Source of the DNA: Folioceros fuciformis
Taxonomy: Eukaryota
NCBI GenBank assembly: GCA_049999805.1
Contig: JBNGIO010004048.1
Coordinates: 1 to 40,344 of the forward strand
DNA: 40,344 bases
Direction: 5' to 3'
Positions within the stretch are counted from its first letter, which is position 1. Every line of letters begins with the position of its first letter. This document shows, piece by piece, positions 1-12,257 of this stretch. The notes under the pieces were generated by a model. It had not been told where the DNA came from. It saw only the letters and a list, made by a program, of their open reading frames with translations, and made no database searches. The position numbers and the translations under genes were made by a program.

Positions 1-631
1 GCCTGCACATGAGAGAGCTACCCGGTCAGTCACCGCAAGAGCAGTTCGTGACGTGTCTTCGACACTAAACATCACCGCCACTGTGTGCGCATGCTCACAT
101 CCCACATTCACATACTTGCCATCCCCTCATTGTCTCCATGCTCCTCAACCCTGCAAGCAGTCAAGTCTGAGATGCAATACCTCCGCAGCCCAAGAGGAGG
201 TCAGGTATCGTCCTCCCCAGATGTCTGGCAGCAAACCATCAAACACAAGATAGGAGAAGGGCTCCTGCAGCCTGCCCAAAGGGGAACCTCGACCAGAACG
301 TCTTCTTGCAAGACCTAATCCCAAAGCGACCAAAATCCACTCCCACAAGCCTTGTGCAACCTGGTGATTTCCTCGTCAGTCATGCGAGAGGCAGCGGAAT
401 CGCCAGACACAAGCTAATTACGGTACCAATCCCATTCGAATACAACACAGATGTAACAGCAACATCCTGGATTCTACAGCCGAGCTGTCCCCAAACTGAT
501 GAGGCAACACCGATACCGAAAATTGACAAAGGCACGCTCAACCCCAGCTCAGCAGACTGACTCCATCAAAGCCCTGGAACCAACCTACACACGCACACAA
601 CATAGACCACAGGGAAAAAAGCCACCAGTAC

Positions 632-826
632 CTCCAAAACGAGAGCAGGATTCAAGCAGACATCCATCATGCGAGGTAAGATCCTGTCGAGCGGTCCAGG
701 CCGCAAATGCACCAAGGTGTTGGCCACAATCAATGCCGCTGTCACGGCAGAATTGCGACGAAGCGCCATAAATTGTTGTGCGGTACGAAGAGCCGTTACG
801 TATACCATGCCATGATTCGGAGTCAT
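632..826 (-). CDS. Rhomboid-like protein (RBL14/RHBDD1-like), first coding exon; gene continues beyond the window start
   Basis: ATG at 826 gives MTPNHGMVYVTALRTAQQFMALRRNSAVTAALIVANTLVHLRPGPLDRILPRMMDVCLNPALVLE. This matches the plant RBL14 N-terminus as I recall it (GM..LAL...PVTA.L..ANTLVYLRP..D..IP....V..NP.L). A GT donor follows at 631-630, and a branch-like CTGAC plus CAG acceptor lies at positions 5-3, so exon 2 would begin at base 2. Confidence 0.75.
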
Positions 827-1530
827 CTTCCAATTCACTTCAGCCTCACTCCCACTGTCCGCCCTAGCCCTGATGTCCAGAGCTAACGAATTCTCATCCT
901 CACCTCCTGTTGTTCTGGCTTTGTCACAACCACGAGCTGGCGTTCCGTCTTCCGTAAGGGAAGAAAACCCTGGAACAATCCAGAAACTTCGCCTCGGGGC
1001 AGGTTCCTAGACACCCCAGTCCCACCCCGCATTCTCATCCTCCTACACCTTCACCTCCACCGCTACCACAGCCACTAAACACAAATTCCATTTTTGTTAC
1101 CACCTACACTACAAATTGCCCGGTCCGTAGATGCCGAGCGACGTTGGAATCGCGATGTATGTTGGTGTTCCACTACCATTCCTTAACAACAGAAGAAAAC
1201 GGGCAGAGAACAACCTTGGCCCCCGTTCCGTTTCACTGGCAGTGTACACGAATGGGAGGGCTTACCGCTTCAGTGTATCGAGTTGGTCACGCGGGGAGCG
1301 CCAACGTCGCTAGAAATCAGGGACTTTATTAATCTATTTTAGTTAATTGACTAAGTAACTACTTAAACTAACTGAAATAAATGAATAAAACTTTCAAAAG
1401 TGTAGTAAAGTGCACATCAGCATACCTGAAACTTTGTACACGTTCAAAAAGTGTGAGAAAGTGTGACAAAGCATGATCTTTCGTAGTAGTATTTATAAGG
1501 TATTTAGTTCAAATGGATCCTTCCATTTGC

Positions 1531-1662
1531 GGGTTCCTTCTTCCTTTGTCTTGTTAAATTTGTCAACACAGAGATATGTAAGCAAGATGCTTGTGGGTTC
1601 CTCCTATCCATCTGCCTTGCTAAATTTGTCAACATGAAGATGATGGACACAAGTAGATGCTT
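1531..1662. repeat. Degenerate ~65-bp tandem duplication (2 copies) in AT-rich intergenic DNA
   Basis: gggttcct...taaatttgtcaaca...agatgctt occurs starting at 1531 and again at 1595. Confidence 0.7.
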
Positions 1663-3098
1663 CCGTATGATGGTTACAATGCAATGCTCTGCTGGGTTTT
1701 ACTTGTTTTGTTTCAATGTTCTTTCTAGGTTATGGTTTTGTCCTAATTGCACCCACCAAGGCAAACTTATTTCTCCATGACCTAGAGTGCCTTCTTCTTC
1801 ACTCTAGTGCAGAAGAGGAACACGAGTGGGAAGGAGAGGAGATGAGGGTATGAACAAGTGCATGAAGTGCTTACCCAGGTTGGCATTGGCATAGCATTTT
1901 TCAGCTTTACACCACTTGCTCAGCTACTAATGATCATGTTTTTCGTTCCACTTTATTACAATTAGTTAGCTAGTTAGTTAGTTAATTAGGACAACCTAGC
2001 TTGGCTATTTTCATAAGCATGGGTTGGATTGAATTGAATTGGATTGGATTGGAACACTTAAGTAAGGTAGGCAAAGTACAATTTAGCCTCATGTCATTAG
2101 TTGGGCTGATATCTTTTGCAATTGGGTTGCAATGGGCAGTAATATAAGTAGCGTGCGATCCTCCGCCCAAAGTGGGCTTAGTGATATAAGTCCTTATTAG
2201 GCCATGTAAATGATTGGCGCCCTTCTCCCAGCCCTGCAAGGTTAGATGGGGTTTTCCATGATTTTTTGGAAAATAAAAAAGAACAAGAAAAAGAAGGAAA
2301 GAAAAATGATGGGATTTTTATGGTATATATGTAGTGTACGTCTATATATGTGATGTAGGTACCCAGCCTACATGAAGAGTGGGAGTGAAGAATCGTTTAT
2401 CGGCAGTTGATCTGGACAAGAGGCGCTCAGGTGACATATTTTATAAGCAGAGTGCGGCACTGTTGTTGGTGGCTGCCTGTTTCGGCTACTTGCCCTCTTT
2501 CTCTCACTTCACTGGGCCCTTGCTCGCATGAGATTGACTTGGCTTCCGACGACAGCTCTTTTTTTTTCGCCGCGTTAGCGATCGCTTCCCGCTTTGCGAG
2601 CTCAAATTTGGTGCGGACGCGGCGGGGCTCGGATGATTCGAAGCATGGCAGGTAGATAATGGCGGTATCCAGGTGCTGGAAGAATTGAGGCACCAAATTT
2701 GGCAACAAAACCAAAATCTGTAGAGGGTTTGTGGCGATGGTGGGGAATTGTGCCTCGGGTCAGGTGAAGATGGATGGCAGAAGTATGATGGAAAGGCGGC
2801 AGCACAGGGGCTGAGCACCACCGCTGCCGCGCACGAGGGTTGGCCAGGTGCGAGCTGCGGGTGGCAGCATGATGGGTGTGGTCTGGAGTATGTCACAAGC
2901 TGGCCGAGGGGAGGGCAAGCCGGACTTGGAGTAGGTAGGGTTGATGGAGCTCATGCGACTCTCTTAGTTCTCATGTTGCCGTGATGGACGGCGTGGATTG
3001 CAGCGATGGAGGAGGGTGAGCGAGAGGAGGAGTGAAACGTCCGAGATGAGAGTCTAGCTTACAAGTAAGTGCAAGGCAGGCAGTGCTTGTGTGGCCGT

Positions 3099-6000
3099 AT
3101 GATGGGGGATGTGGCAGCATTCCCTCCCGGGCCGCAGACCGTTGGTTTCGCGGAGCTGGTGAACAGGTTTGCGCACGACGCCCGCGCCGGCTTGCAGCAA
3201 TTTGTGGACACTCCCACCGATCAGACAGACGCGGAAAGGAAGATTTCGCTGCTCAAGTATGTTTTCAACACCAGGCAGCGTCTGCTTCGGCTGGCGGTTC
3301 TCGGGCAATGGTGTCGGCAGGTTAGCTGGGTTTTACCCCCCTCGCACATCACCCGGCAGAAATTCCCTCCTCAATCACCTGCATGCCACGCCTTGCAACT
3401 CCCTGCCCTGCCCTACCCTTTGGTTGTTTAATCCCCATATGTCCCCCGCGGTGCCTAAGTTCGTCATGTTCAGAGTCGTCGCAACTAGTTCGTTATGTTA
3501 GGTAATGGGGGATGAGCAACAACTAGGGTGTTCACACTACTTGTTGTCCTGTGCTTCCTGCAGATGCCATTGGTGGAACGCTGTCAGCAGGTTGTAGGAA
3601 CGCTTTCCCATCATGACACCAGCTTTACCCAGGCTGCGGACTCGTTGTTTTTTCTCCATGAGAGTTTGCAGCAAGCGCGTGCCCCTGTGTATGATGTTCC
3701 TACTGCAGCGGAGGTGCTGCTCAGTGGGGGTTACAACCGCCTGCCGAAATGCATCGAAGAGTTGGGGGTGCAGTCGCTCTTGGTTGGGGAGGAGAGGGAG
3801 GAAACGCTTCAGAAATTGGACACAGTGCTCCGTTCAAGGCTGTTGGATGTTGATCTCCCCCCGGAGTTCTCATCGATCAAGGTGCAAGACGGCCGGGTGC
3901 TTTTTCAAGTTGATGGAGAATTTGAGGTTCATCTGACTGTAGGATATCAAGGCAACTTGTCCCATTGGAGAGTGCTGGTGTTAAAGCTTTTGGTGGGTGA
4001 GAGGATTGGGACGGCTAAGCTCAGTTCCATGCAAGAATATGCACTGAGAGAGGAACTGGAGCGCCGCATGGCCGCGTCGGAGGATCCTCTCAGGCTGCTC
4101 TACTCCATTCTGCATGAAATTTGTCTCTCCATCTCTATAGACACCCTTTTCAGGCAGGTTCGTTCGTTGCGACAAGGGAGATGGAAGGATGCCATTCGGT
4201 TTGAGGTGATTCCTGATAGCACAACAGGTGTACAACCTATGAGCATTCAGCAGAATTCAATTCAAGGGCTACGCTCGCAAAATGATGCTGAAGCTGAACT
4301 GTCGCTTAAGCCCCGTGGCTTATCAGGGCTGAGAATTTGGTACTGGTTGGATCAAAGCAAGGCCTCAGGTGGCGGTGATATGAGCTCAGCTCCCTCTCTT
4401 AGAATTGAGCCCGGTCTAAATCAGCACATTTCATGTTTACACCAACCAAGTGTGATTGACCCTGACACAGAGATGGAGGCAAAGTTTGTACTTGACCAGA
4501 GTTGTATCGATTTGGAGCAGTTGTTGTTAAAGGCAATCACGTGCAATATCCACTCAAGGCTATTGGAAGTCCTTAAAGACTTCAGAAGTTGCCCTCAACT
4601 TTGGAGAGTGGAGAGCGATGTGATTCTGAAGTCCTCTTGTTCTGTGGGTGTTGGCGATAACTCTCTTTCATCTGTTTCAGGTGGAGCAGTCAGTTCTGCA
4701 TCACCTACTGAGGTGTGTTTGAAACTTAGAGCCGCTACCAAACTGCATTGTTCGAAGTGCCTCTGAAGCAGAGGCCGCTCTGTTGGATGATTAGATTTTA
4801 ATTTCTGTTGGAAATGCTGCCTAACTTTTGCTGCATCTTGCTTTTCCTAGGAGTGTAGTCCATCTGGCTCTAGGACTGATGTAGGCGAGGAGGTTTTGTG
4901 TGTGCGGGCCTACGGGCAATCGTATATGGCACTCGGGATCAGCATAAGGTACAGCAACCTTCCTCGTTGCCACAAAATTTTTCCTTCTTGACTGGTGATT
5001 GCCTGAGACTCCAGAGTTATGGCCCTGTCCAGCTTTTGAAGGCTAGCACATGCTCACGGTTGACGTGCATAATTCATGCTCGGCAGTCTTTACTGCTGCT
5101 TGCATAGCAGGACTCCTTCGAAGGTGTTCTTTGCTTATAGCATTTGTAACAAAATCTTTTGAATACTGGAGGTACAGTGCAGAAGCGTCCTTCAAGGGCT
5201 TGGTATGCCTGTAGCTCGGATTCAGTCAGATTGGGTGGAAGAGATGTGCTGGGATGGTGTAATGCCCGGTAGTTCTGTTCCTAGGTAACATATGTGTCAC
5301 TCGCATTGCCTTGGCTGCAGGAATGGAAGGTTCTTGCTGCATGCACCTAGTTCGATGCTACGGCAATCTGTTGTCACAGAGGTGGAAGAGGCACTGAACC
5401 AGGGAATAACAACGCCAGTTGATGTGTTTATAAGCCTGCGGAGCAAGAGCCTTCTTCAAATGTTTGCTTCGAATGCAATGGCTTTAAACCTGAAAGTACG
5501 AAGTTTGTTTTTCTGTTTACTGTAAGGCTGTTGGTACTTAGGACGTGTTAGCCTCTCGTGTACGTCCCATTTAAAACCATATTTGTGTATGCAGCTGTAC
5601 GAAAGGGCAGCCAGTGCCATAAAACTTCCTGAAGGATTATCCAAGCCCACTACTGACATGCTCTTCATGGGCTTCCCGAACTGTGGAGGGAACTTTTTCC
5701 TGTTTTTACAGCTGGACGGTAATTTTATGCCTGTTTTCAAGCTTTTAGAAGCGGATCCCCGATCATTTTCAGACTCATCCTCCTGTCTTCGCTCTGGACC
5801 TGTTAATATTATGAAGGCTCAGAGCATTGACGCTGGAACCATAAGGGTAGCTGAAGACATTGGTAGTCTAAGTTTTCTGGATCAGGGGAGGTTGGAAGGA
5901 GAGCATAAGCGGTCTACTGAACTGTTGAGAAGCATCCAGGCATTCAGGGCGGCGGATGAGAAGGTTGTGGGTATGGGTAGAACAGAATGTGAAAGTCAAC

Positions 6001-9000
6001 TGACAGGGAGAAGTGGAAGATTCAAAGCAGGATTGGGTCGTTTGCTTGATAGATTGCAGATGTCATCTTCATTGGCAATGAGAACAAATGGCAACTCGTC
6101 AACTAAAGATGTAGCAATCGTGGACCAGGTTGATCACCACAAGGTAACCAATACCATCATCCACTCTCTGAATGGGACAAATGCGTCCTCCGTCCAGGGA
6201 AATGTAGGTGGTAGGCTTTCTGGCAATCATAAGCTTGGATGGCATCCTTCGGTCCTTGATCTGCTCAATGGGACGTCAACCATGGGTGCTGCATCCATTG
6301 CAAGTCCCAGGGGTTCTCCAAAGTATCGTTCTCATCAGGGAGACCAGGATTCAAGCCTCATCAGGTCGCCTAGGACTATTGGGGACACGTCTGCTTCTCC
6401 AATACATCTTGATGATGTAATTGATTCCGTCTCCACCAAATCTAGTCCTGGTCTTCTGGGTAACTCTAATTGTTTAACAGCAGGGGAAAATGGCCCGTTC
6501 AACTGCTCTAGACACATTCGAGGGCAATCTCGACTTAACCCTAATCAGCAGAAGAACATTATGCAGGCAAGGTTTGCATCTCCACTGAAGACACCCTCAG
6601 TCCTCGATTCTGCTGGTGCAGAGATCAGAGGCAGTAGTGAGTGGATGGAAGTGGATGACAGTGCCATGCTATCTCAATTGTCTCCCTCCATATCTTCCCC
6701 CTCCATGCTGCAGCCAGGGGTTCCTTCCTCTGCAAGTCAATTGATGCTGCCTCGTACTAATGTTACCAGGCCTAGCTTTCCTCTAGACTCCAACAAGCGA
6801 AAGCGAGCTGGCGCTGAGGTGCTGTATTATCTACCTCCATTACAAGGACCATTTGAGAGTTCTGGAAAGTTAAAGAGAAGGAAGGTCGGTGAGGATGGGA
6901 ATCAGACTGTAGTGAGTTTATTGGCTAGTGGCCATAGCTCTCCTAATTTGGAATCTTATGTAGGCCAATCATATATGTCTGTAGTCGGGGCAGCTAATGA
7001 AGGAAGAGCGCCCGTGGCATCTTACAGGGCTGCGCTTGTACAGGTTGTGAGGAAGTGCAGGCTGTGCGTGAAGCATGCCCGCCTTACTCGGCAACTGGAT
7101 GGTCTGGGGATAACTTTTAGTGAGATAGCAGGGGAACCAATGAGCCGTTTCAGGGAGCTTATTTTTAAACTCCCTCAAAATGTCATTTCTTGTTCACCAC
7201 TAAACGTTGACAACAGCGGCTGGGAGAGATTGGTATTACAGTTGGACAAGCTAGGAAGCGATTGCTGGCAAGTTCTGATACGTGACTTCCACTACAACGG
7301 TTTATTGGAACTGCAACAAAGATCTGCAGGAAATCCTTGGGGTGAAGGGGTTGACGTGGCTATTCTACCAGAGTCGGATTCTCACATCAAGCTGTCTCCT
7401 AGGGGCTTGGTCCTTTGTTATGACTCTGTCGAAGATGATAGTGTGAAGCGGTTAGTAGGAGACCTAGTGCGACTATGGAAAGCTCGTGCATTTGTGTTAG
7501 GATTGCAAAGAATATTGCAGTGTCGACCAGAAAGTGTGGATGCTGCTAACGAAAACATGGATAATGCCTTACAAAATGTGAATCATGAAGGGGGTGAAAA
7601 ACGGTGGGAAGTTATGACAAGGTCATTTCGGGTGGTGGCAGTTGGCCCGTTGAGTGTGTGGTTCGTCTTCACTGGGTCTATACCTGGAGTGTCAATCCGG
7701 TTCCTTGTGGAATGGGGATCAGGAAAAGGGACTTGCACAGTTCATCTCTCACCAGATCAACTTTGGCCCCATACGAAGGTCAGCTTTCCTACCTTAACAA
7801 TGTCTTTTGTTTTTGGGAATCACTTTACGGTTGTGCTGTTTTCTCACTCTGTGGTTGACAGTCTTGGGTGCAGTATCTAGAAGACTGCATCAATGGAGGG
7901 GAAGTGAATGTGCTACTGTCTGTCATTGAAAAAATGGCAGGTCCACTGTATGCTCTTGTTGCAGCAATACGGCCTGCTGGAAATGCACGTGCAGGCAATG
8001 CGAGCCCTGGGTCTGTACCATCAGCGAACATACATTCAGGATCTAGCACAAAGGCGGTAGGTTCAGTTGGTGCTTTATCTAGCACATCAGCCGGATTAGG
8101 CCAGACAAGGCCACCACCCTCCCAACACATGCCATCAACGGCTTTCCATGTTGCAAGTGTCCCATCTGGTCCAGGTAGAGGTACAGTGCCTGGGGCGGTG
8201 CCAAACTCTCTCCTGCCAACTGACGTGGTAATTATTATGCGACATAGGTTTTGGGTGCGAGTCATATACAGGAAGCAATTTTCAGTAGATATGCGGTGTT
8301 TTGCTGGGGATCACGTCTGGCTGCAACCATCTCCTCCTCCTAGAAGTGGTGGACCCTCCATTGGTGGCTCCCTGCCCTGCCCACAGTTTCGTCCATTTGT
8401 GACTGAGCTTGTTGCGGGAAGTATGAGTAGTGCTGAAGTGCCCACTGGTCAAAGTCCAGGATCTATTGCATCTGCTCCACCTTCTGGTTCCTCCAATTGG
8501 AATCCTGGCCCAGGTGGTAGTTCACGGCCTATACTTCCTCCAGTTTCCACTCGTATGGCAGTGCCAGGTTCTGGTTCTGGACCTATGATGATCGCACCAG
8601 GCCGAGGAGTTTCTTCTGGGTCCAGTTTGGGAGTCCAACATGGTTCTAGGAGTGAGTTGAATACCACAATTTTGGGTATGGGAGATGATGGCGGATATGG
8701 AGGGGCTTGGGTGCCACTTCCTGCTTTGAAGAAGGTTCTCCGGAGCACATTGAGATATTTTGGAGTCTTGTGGCTGTTTGCACAGTTCCCCGGTATTTTA
8801 CGGGAAGTTTTGGGTTCAATTTTGCCTCAGAATGAGGGAGCCCTTCAAAGCATTGATCTTGAGCAACCTGCACTTAGGTTCTTCATTGGGTACGTCAACA
8901 TCTGTTTCCCTTAAACCTTGGTGCATGTGGACCATTGAAGGTCATGTGTAAGTTCTGTGGCGCATGTTCTCAGCTCTAGATTCAAACCAAGTTCCCCTGC

Positions 9001-9934
9001 AGCTTCCAAGTAGGATTTGAGACCTTGTTTTGGTGCAGCATCTGAGGCTCTGTGAGGTGCTTTTTGTATCAGGAACTATGTATTTGCGGCAAGCATGCAC
9101 AGGGACAAACTGATTCTCCAAGTGGTTAATTGGACCCGGTACCATCAGCAACATCAGCTTCAGCCGAAACAGCAAGCACCGACCAGTGGGCCTGACTTGG
9201 AGTACACGTCAGCAGAGCTTGCTGAAATTAGTGAGTTCTTCCAGCGGCGAGTGGCGTCCGAGCCATATGAGGCTTCTCGTATGGCGTCCTTCGTCACTAT
9301 CCTTACTTTGCCCATACCTGTCGTTAGGGAGTTTCTTGGACTGATTTCTTGGGAAAAAGAAAGTCAACCAGCCGCGCAAAGCCAGGGCATTGACAGTTCT
9401 CCAGTCCCAAAACCGAGAGTTGAGCTTTGCTTGGAGTGCAGGCAAGGTCAGTCGCCAGATGGTGGGGCACAGGAACTTGGAAGTATGCCTGCTGTAGGCA
9501 CAGGCATGGCAAAGAGTAGCATTCTGTACAAGCCCCAGCTGCGTCAAGTCGATTTCACATTAACGGTCCTCTTTGATGTGACCAGCCTTCCTTTCCCAAT
9601 GAGCCAGGCTGGAGGGGCGAGCTGGTTGCCATTGTGTGTGGCTGTGAGGTTAAGGTATGCTTTTGGTGACTCGTGCAGGGTTTCTCTGCTGAGCATGGAT
9701 GGCAGTCACGGTGGGGCTGCTTGCTGGTCGCGGCCAGAGGATTGGGAGCGGTGCAGAGAGAGAGTAGGTAGGGCAGTCGAAGCAGGTGGCGGTGGGCAGG
9801 AACAGGGCCGTTGCAGATTAAGGACTGTGGCTGAGTCTGTACAGATAACCTTGCAATCAGCTCTCCAACAGCTACGCAAAGTTGCTACGAGTTCTCCCTC
9901 CTTGCTGACAAATTCAATCCCGACACATGCATGA
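3099..9934 (+). CDS. MED14: Mediator of RNA polymerase II subunit 14 (MED14/SWP-like), about 1901 aa. Exons 3099-3320, 3564-4712, 4851-4948, 5321-5495, 5595-7778, 7874-8889, 9073-9934
   Basis: Plant MED14 motifs: ERKISLLKY..NTRQRLLRLAVL.QWC.Q, HDT.FTQAADSLFFLHE.LQQARAP.YDVP, QLWPHTK|YLED.INGGEV, DMRCFAGD.VWLQP, GDDGGYGGAWVPL, GSHGG.ACW...DWE.C. All six introns are GT-AG and the frame stays open across them. Confidence 0.95.
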
Positions 9935-10490
9935 TTTTTTTGCAACTGTATCATAAAGATGAGAATTGTAGTTCATTTCATTCGAACTGATTGATTAAAT
10001 CGGCAGGTTTTGGAAGAGGGCCATATTTACAACGGGCGCATGCGTGCCTGGATTTGTCCAACCCCTGGACGTGACACGGTTACCTCTACTTTAAATTTTG
10101 CTAGTACGTGCTGGTCAAATTAGGGGGGTGTAATGCTCCGCCAATGAAGCCAATTATTTTCCAGGCTTGCCTTTGGGGCCTGGTTGTGTATCCAGTGTCA
10201 TTTCACTTGAAGCTGTCTATTGAGTAATCGTACAAGTTGTTGTAGGAGAATTGCAGCAAGGTTTGACCTCAGGATCGAGGTAAGGCAAGGCCAGAAGTGT
10301 ATTCTTGAGGGTGTTTGGCTTGATGTCGCGTGAAATGTTGGTCTGGTGAAACATGAAGCATACTCGACCTTTGAAACTTAGCAAACCTTCTTGTACATGC
10401 GATGTCGTAACAAGCAACATCTCGTTTGAGCTGTACTTGTTTTTGTCATGTGCTTCACTTGCCCTGACACTACTTGTGAACACTACCATA

Positions 10491-10897
10491 TTGTAACTGT
10501 CCAGCTTGAGATGCATCGTTAAATCGCCTACGGCTGTTGGAATGTGGTCTGTGGACACCGTCCATTTGTGATGTCCACCATCTTGTAGCTGTGCAGCTTG
10601 AGATGCTTCGTTAAATCCCCTACACCTGTAGGAATGCGGTCTGTGGACGCTGTCCACTAGTGATGTCCACCATTTTGTAGCTATGCAGCTTGAGATGCTT
10701 CGTTAAATCCCCTACACCTGTNNNNNNNNNNTTGTAGCTATGCAGCTTGAGATGCTTCGTTAAATCCCCTACACCTGTAGGAATGTGGTGTGTATAAGCT
10801 GTCCACTAGTGATCTCCACCATCTTGTAGCTATGCAGCTTGAGATGCTTCGTTAAATCCCTTACACCTGTAGGAATGTGGTCTGGTGTACACTGTCC
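10491..10897. repeat. 92-bp tandem repeat array, at least 5 units, interrupted by an assembly gap
   Basis: Unit ttgtagctatgcagcttgagatgcttcgttaaatcccctacacctgtaggaatg...gtccac..tgatgtccaccat starts at 10491, 10583, 10675, 10732 and 10824. The period is 92 bp on both sides of the gap. Confidence 0.95.
10722..10731. other. Assembly gap (10 N)
   Basis: Run of n inside the tandem array, so true array length is unknown. Confidence 1.
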
Positions 10898-12257
10898 GTA
10901 GCTGTGTGGCAGAAGGAATACGCTGGTAGTGTCTGCTTTGGAACCTGCTCCAAAGTATCGTTTGCTCCTCACGCGTGGGAACTGACTGGTACGCAGAGAA
11001 CAGCTCCACTGTTTCTGAGGTGGGTCCGGAGAGTTGGAGCATGCACCATGCATGCTAGTTGTGTCTTGCCCTGTCCTTCAGCAGTCAACCAAACAGAGCA
11101 TGGGAAGGGCAAGGGATGGCTGGCGGACGTGAAAAGCCTGACCAGGAGAACCTTGTATCTGTTATGCCCTTTCATTCCTTGGCACGTCCACCTGGGTCCC
11201 CGTTAGCTGGTGGCTGGAAACAATGTTAACCTTCACGGTCTCTCTTTGTCCAATGCTGAGCTACAGGAGCAGTATGGTGTTAGGGCTACCAAGTGGCAGC
11301 TCCAACTTGGATTTGTCCGGCAGCAAATCCGCTCTCCTGCCTCACAAGCCGGAAGCTTGGGCTGGCATTGGGGCAGCTATGTTGCTGCCCGGGTGAGAAG
11401 AAGCTGTGGTGCCCATTCCACCCGCCATATGGTACCCAAAAGCAGAGGCCGTGTCTGCAGTCCTTGGGTCCCGAATCAGGTCTTGGCATCGGACAGTAGT
11501 ACTTCCGGCATCTTTTACGGTGGAAGTTCGTTCTGCTTGTGTTTCAAAAAGGAATCCTCGTCTACACCGAACTCTACGATGTGAATCATCCACCCATTGA
11601 CCGCCACAAGACGGCCCTCGTGATCTCCCCTCCCAGCCTCCGCTTCTCCAGTGGATTGAGCACGACTCCACACTGGGTTACCGTGTCTAGTCCGGAGATG
11701 TGACATGTCACATGGCCTCTCTCTCTGCCACCTTTCGATACGACTCAGTGCAACAGGACCGTCTCTGGGGGCCGCCATCTATCTACCCGAGCGTAGTACA
11801 TACTGGAAGCGCACGCTTAGGAGGAGGTCACCCCCAGCTCAGGTCCCCAGGGAACAAGATTGGTAACACGATCAGCTTTGTCTAGCACCTGGCTGCAGTG
11901 TGTAACAGGCCAGGCCCGGTTCTTGCTTTCACGCCACTTTTGCCAGGCAGTGTATGAGAGAGAGCAGTCCCAATCTCCAGCCACTTCCTCTCTTTCAAGA
12001 GCAGGACGGGGCTTGGAGCAAGAACGGTAGCACCATACTTACTACTGCCCTCCTCCTCCCTTCCCTCCATACGCAGCTCATCCCGATTCCCCCTTAACGG
12101 CTAGAAATATGAGATGGCGGCTCTGTTACAGTGTTGTCAGATGAAGGTGGTCGTGAAAAGTGCTGTCATGCTGACAATCACTCCGGATTGCACAAACAAG
12201 CATATGAAGTTTATCGGGCGGCTTGCGATCCCATGCAGACCTTGAGTGCGTCTCCAG

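Noticed and set aside
1352-1365. Palindromic 14-mer TAAGTAACTACTTA shared with 16609-16622, both upstream of minus-strand genes
   Set aside because: One exact AT-rich 14-mer pair in 40 kb is expected by chance, and the similarity does not extend into the flanks.
2427-2984. Several 60-130 aa ORFs between the rhomboid-like gene and MED14
   Set aside because: No recognisable domain or consistent splice structure. Likely promoter or UTR sequence, or a decayed element.
10217-10657. Minus-strand ORF with kinase-like words RDIKPN and YLDPE, and zinc-finger-like LTKHLKLH in the repeat
   Set aside because: No DFG and the spacing between motifs is too short for a kinase. There is no CxxC for a C2H2 finger, and the 92-bp period breaks the frame. 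Probably chance.
10491-10897. CRISPR-like appearance of regularly spaced palindromic repeats (also the 36-bp repeats at 27131-27238)
   Set aside because: Units are contiguous with no unique spacers, there are no cas genes, and the context is eukaryotic. These are plain tandem repeats.
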